IMG/VR virus record: IMGVR_UViG_3300045741_000116
Location: 1-58,984 of that record
Strand: one strand, 5' to 3'
Origin: a virus
Taxonomy: Duplodnaviria; Caudoviricetes
Length of the DNA: 58,984 bases
The notes under the pieces are model-generated. The model worked only from the letters and a program-made list of their open reading frames with translations. It was not told the origin of the DNA and did not search any database. Below are positions 55,713-58,984 of the stretch, in pieces. A program made the translations under genes and the position numbers. Each line of letters begins with the position of its first letter. Within the stretch, counting starts at the first letter, position 1.

Positions 55713-56540
55713 TTATTCGTCGCCTGCTCCTGCCAGTTTAATACCTTCAGCCGTGATGTCAAGTTCCATTACCTTGGGTCCAGGATTGGAACGGTCAATA
55801 TGGTTCTTAAAGAGACGCCATTGCACCTTAGCGCCTTTACGTACTTTTTCACCCTTGACAGTCGCCTCAATCCAAGATTTGCGGCTAGTTTGGTAAGTGA
55901 GGCTAGAAAAGAAGTTTACAGCTTTTCCGCCTGCGTTGGTTTTACCTGGGGAGCCTAGGTTGTCGTACGTATAGTTAATGATCAGGACTGCAATATCGTG
56001 CATCTGACGCATAGCAATAAGCATATTCAGGCCTTCCCGGTTAGTCTTACCCTTACCGCCTGGGCGCTGTGAGCTTTCGGCCAAAACGCGCTCCGTATCA
56101 TGTTTGGAGATGACGTTACCGATAGAGTCGATGATCACCAGGATTTCTTCCTTGGGGTTCTTTTCTAAGCGGTCATTCAGGAAGCCTAGGGTATCGTCAT
56201 AAACCTTCTCAGCGATAGACTCCTGAAGGACAAAGAGCTTCCTCTTAGGGTCTACACCCCAGTCGGTAAAGTCTTTCTTAGTCGTCTTACCCTCGGTCTC
56301 AACGTAAAGGACGGTGACGCCTTGGTCCTGGGCTGCTTTGATGGCAGCGATAGAAGCCGAGGTTTTACCTGAGTCGGAGTCGCCTGCAATCATGACGATT
56401 TTACGGAAAGGCAGCCCTTTGGTCTTAGTACCTTCCTGCCACCAGCTAGGCATTACGATGTATTTTAAGTTGTCTGAGTCAGGCATTTCGTCGGCTGAAA
56501 AGATGTTGGATTTAGGGCGAGTTAGTTTGCTAGGTTTCAT
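55713..56540 (-). CDS. RecA/UvsX-like recombinase
   Basis: GLPFRKIVMIAGDSDSGKT, YVETE, IIDSI, GGKAVNFFSS. Confidence 0.9.
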   Translation of the reverse strand: MKPSKLTRPKSNIFSADEMPDSDNLKYIVMPSWWQEGTKTKGLPFRKIVMIAGDSDSGKTSASIAAIKAAQDQGVTVLYVETEGKTTKKDFTDWGVDPKRKLFVLQESIAEKVYDDTLGFLNDRLEKNPKEEILVIIDSIGNVISKHDTERVLAESSQRPGGKGKTNREGLNMLIAMRQMHDIAVLIINYTYDNLGSPGKTNAGGKAVNFFSSLTYQTSRKSWIEATVKGEKVRKGAKVQWRLFKNHIDRSNPGPKVMELDITAEGIKLAGAGDE

Positions 56541-56941
56541 TTAGAGGTCCTTTCAAGGTAGGCTAAAAATTTGTCGCTCATGGTTTCGTACCAGCCTAGA
56601 TTAGTATTGCACCTGAAGCATAATAGTCCTCTTACTTTACCAGTCTTATGGCAATGGTCAACTGCTAAGGTGCAAGGTCTCCCTTGTTGTGGGTCGATTT
56701 TTGACTCGGGATTGCCGCAGATTGCGCAAAGGTCTTTTTGTTCTTCTCTTAGTTTTTCATAAGCTGCGTACGCTTCATCTATAGATAAATGAGGAAAATA
56801 TATAGTTCTTAATCGACGTTTTCGTTGATAAAATTTAAAATATTCTTGATTTTTATAATAACGTACGCGGGCCGCTTCTAAAGAACGGCTTTTATTTTTC
56901 TGGTAATATTCTTTTTTCTTGGCCGCGTTGTATTCGCTCAT
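56537..56941 (-). CDS. Endonuclease VII-family nuclease with basic N-terminus
   Basis: CAIC, LAVDHCHKTGKVRGLLCFRCN; AT-rich 5' half. Confidence 0.85.
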   Translation of the reverse strand: MSEYNAAKKKEYYQKNKSRSLEAARVRYYKNQEYFKFYQRKRRLRTIYFPHLSIDEAYAAYEKLREEQKDLCAICGNPESKIDPQQGRPCTLAVDHCHKTGKVRGLLCFRCNTNLGWYETMSDKFLAYLERTSK

Positions 56942-57342
56942 CCCATCGTACCTTTTGCCAATGTTCTAAAAAATATATGACTTTCTTTACAAACGTTGTA
57001 AGTACGCTCTACTTCTTCGGCGAGCACTTCTGCTTGATCATAAGCTTTTTGTTCGTTTTGCACTAACTCGTTGGTGTCGAGCATCGCAGCAATCCCAGCT
57101 TCGGTCGGTTTTTTGTCCGATTTAGAAATAATATCTAAATATATAGCTCCTCGTATGGCCTTAACATTTTGTTTCTTCATCCTGGCATCTAGATCTACCA
57201 AGCGAAGCTCCGAAGACACAACCATCATGGCGTGAAGAAACTTGGCCGCTAGCTCTTCTGCCTGCTCTGTGGTTACCCGCTCTTCATAGGCCGCTTTAAT
57301 AGTCTCTTCAAGATCTTTACAGAATTTTTCAAAATTTGACAT
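56938..57342 (-). CDS. UvsY-like recombination mediator (tentative)
   Basis: Helical; KKPTEAGIAAML motif; upstream of RecA-like gene. Confidence 0.5.
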   Translation of the reverse strand: MSNFEKFCKDLEETIKAAYEERVTTEQAEELAAKFLHAMMVVSSELRLVDLDARMKKQNVKAIRGAIYLDIISKSDKKPTEAGIAAMLDTNELVQNEQKAYDQAEVLAEEVERTYNVCKESHIFFRTLAKGTMG

Positions 57343-57360
57343 AAAAACCCTCCTTTTGTG

Positions 57361-57792
57361 TTAAAAATTTAATCCTACTGACAAACCAATAATACCTGAC
57401 TTCATACCCCAAAGTCCAACAGTAACCGGTCCTAAGACTTCCTTTGAGACAGACAAGCCTACATCGATCCCTTGCGGGGAAGCATAGTTATACCCTCCTA
57501 AAAGGGATATTTGTAATGTTTTCCTTGTATTCGTCTGCTGGACGAGCTGGTCAGTTGTCTTAGTAGTATCGACAATGTGGGTATCAACGTGGGTGTCGAT
57601 TGTAGTGGTCGTAGTGCCGTCTGGAGCCTTGACGATTACCGTGTGGGAGTCCTGCTTTATGTCTTCTTTCTTCTTTTCTTCGGTTTTGGTTACCTCAGTT
57701 GTGATAACTGATTTTACCGAGTACCGGCCTGCAGCGAAGGCTACGGCCAGAAGTATTAGGGCTGTTATAATGATGGTAATACTTTGTTTCAT
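57361..57792 (-). CDS. Membrane protein: N-terminal TM, Thr-rich linker, C-terminal amphipathic beta strands ending in Phe
   Basis: IIITALILLAVAFAAG ... GIIGLSVGLNF. Confidence 0.7.
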   Translation of the reverse strand: MKQSITIIITALILLAVAFAAGRYSVKSVITTEVTKTEEKKKEDIKQDSHTVIVKAPDGTTTTTIDTHVDTHIVDTTKTTDQLVQQTNTRKTLQISLLGGYNYASPQGIDVGLSVSKEVLGPVTVGLWGMKSGIIGLSVGLNF

Positions 57793-57947
57793 TTTTTCTC
57801 CTTTTTAGGCTTCTGTGCTTCAACCACTTCTGAGTATTCTGGAGATCCCGGATACCTGAGTATGACACGGCAGTTCCTACAGATCAAGCCTCCCATCTTT
57901 AGGATGGGAGTTGTGGTGTGGTTGCATTTATGGCATTTGAGGGTCAT
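57789..57947 (-). CDS. 52-aa Zn-ribbon protein (not in ORF track)
   Basis: MTLKCHKCNHTTTPILKMGGLICRNCRVIL...; ATGA overlaps. Confidence 0.65.
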   Translation of the reverse strand: MTLKCHKCNHTTTPILKMGGLICRNCRVILRYPGSPEYSEVVEAQKPKKEKK

Positions 57948-58441
57948 TTCTCACCTCGGTATTTGGCCAGTGCCACGCGCGCTATTTCGAAAATTCGGTT
58001 GAGCTCCGGAGCGTGCGAGTGGTACTGAGCTATTTGGTCCAACGCCTCAGCCAGCGCGTCGGCTTGGGCGCGAAGAGTAGCGCGCTCCTTGCCCCAATCA
58101 ATCGATGATTGCTGCCATTGGCGAACAGTGCGTTCAAGCTCAGCCTTCAGCGCGCCAATCGTGACTTTGTCTTGCTCGTATTGCCAGCGAGCGCCGTCAA
58201 TTACATCTTCAAACCGTTCTTCCGTAAAAAAATTTAACGTCCTAGCGCCATAAGCAAAACGCCATTCGCGTAAGGCCTGTTGATTAAACTCTGGCGCAAG
58301 CTCAGCTGCGGCTTTCAGGGCTGCGTCCCAGCCTGCTTTATAGCACTCCTCTTCCACCGGTCCAGTATCCCAGTTACCAAACTTAGCTTCAAAGGCTTCT
58401 GATGCTCGGTCACGTAGCTTGTTTAGTTTGTCATTGCTCAT
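57944..58441 (-). CDS. Hypothetical protein (allele B of 152-655)
   Basis: Shared blocks with 152-655. Confidence 0.75.
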   Translation of the reverse strand: MSNDKLNKLRDRASEAFEAKFGNWDTGPVEEECYKAGWDAALKAAAELAPEFNQQALREWRFAYGARTLNFFTEERFEDVIDGARWQYEQDKVTIGALKAELERTVRQWQQSSIDWGKERATLRAQADALAEALDQIAQYHSHAPELNRIFEIARVALAKYRGEK

Positions 58442-58641
58442 CGTAACACCTCAGTCTTTTTGATCTTGGGTAAGATCTCGCCGCAGTTGTACAAGGTAAC
58501 TTCTACTTCAGCATCATTACGGTCAAAAGCAGTGAGGCGAAGCTTGTTGCCCTCACCTGCGTAAATTGTCACTTCTACTTGATTTGTGTTTGCTCGAAAC
58601 CAGTCGATTGCTTTTTTTAAATCATCTAGGTTGATTTTCAT
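58438..58641 (-). CDS. Hypothetical protein (copy of 652-855)
   Basis: Identical translation. Confidence 0.8.
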   Translation of the reverse strand: MKINLDDLKKAIDWFRANTNQVEVTIYAGEGNKLRLTAFDRNDAEVEVTLYNCGEILPKIKKTEVLR

Positions 58642-58984
58642 AAAATCTCGTCAATCAGCCCAAGTTCCAAACACTCTTCGGCAGTTAAATAGGTTGTCTC
58701 GTGGTTCATACCAGCCCAGCTGCGATCCGTTGTCTTAGTCCGAGACGCTAGGAGCTCGTTCCAAGCTGTCTCAGCTCTGCGCATCTGCTCTACCTCTGTC
58801 TCAAACGACTTGACGTCACCGCTGAGTTCGTTACTCTCCTCGTGCACCATGATCCAAGCCTCTTTAGTCATAAAGCGCTTGTCACCGGCTGCTACGATAA
58901 GGCTAGCTGCGCTTGAAGCATGCCCGTACACGTACACGTAGATGTCAACAGGGCTTAAACGAATGCGGCTGTAGAAAGCCAAGG
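58638..58984 (-). CDS. ClpP-like protease, 3' part (continues at 1199 on circularisation)
   Basis: Matches 852-1198. Confidence 0.85.
   Translation of the reverse strand, partial: LAFYSRIRLSPVDIYVYVYGHASSAASLIVAAGDKRFMTKEAWIMVHEESNELSGDVKSFETEVEQMRRAETAWNELLASRTKTTDRSWAGMNHETTYLTAEECLELGLIDEIL

Larger units (their letters stand above)
57793..58984. repeat. Imperfect terminal direct repeat, right copy; circular overlap
   Basis: Direct sequence comparison with 1-1198. Confidence 0.95.

Overview
The window is an essentially complete, circular ~57.8 kb tailed dsDNA phage genome. It is podovirus-like: it has portal, adaptor, nozzle and large ejection proteins but no tape measure, tube or sheath. 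The last 127 bp (58858-58984) are identical to 1072-1198, closing the circle. Bases 1-1071 are a divergent allele of 57793-58857, probably a co-assembled strain variant. Modules: (i) minus-strand replication/recombination block (PolA, primase-helicase, SSB, RecA/UvsX, UvsY-like, Mre11/Rad50-like, three EndoVII, phosphoesterases, ClpP); (ii) short plus-strand block (SF2 helicase, trypsin-like protease, small ORFs); (iii) minus-strand late block (TerL, portal, scaffold, capsid, adaptor, nozzle, ejection proteins, many Gly-rich/fibre proteins, holin, M15 endolysin), interrupted by an accessory island (RNA ligase, collagen-like lipoprotein, UDG-like). No integrase or repressor was recognised. Most notable signals: a shared (M/L/F/Y)A(E/K/D/G)GGx(V/I) motif repeated in four otherwise unrelated virion-interior proteins, plus a candidate processing domain; a five-copy fixed-spacing late-promoter motif wAGCGC-N3-TGACY-N4-TAG; a tRNA-like RNA whose anticodon arm is replaced by three hairpins; an anti-Shine-Dalgarno small RNA and structured leader; a GNAT-like domain inside an ejection protein; and a probable ATT start codon. 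All functional calls come from motif recognition by eye, with no database searches. The host is unknown; a Gram-negative host, possibly Bdellovibrionota-like, is inference only.
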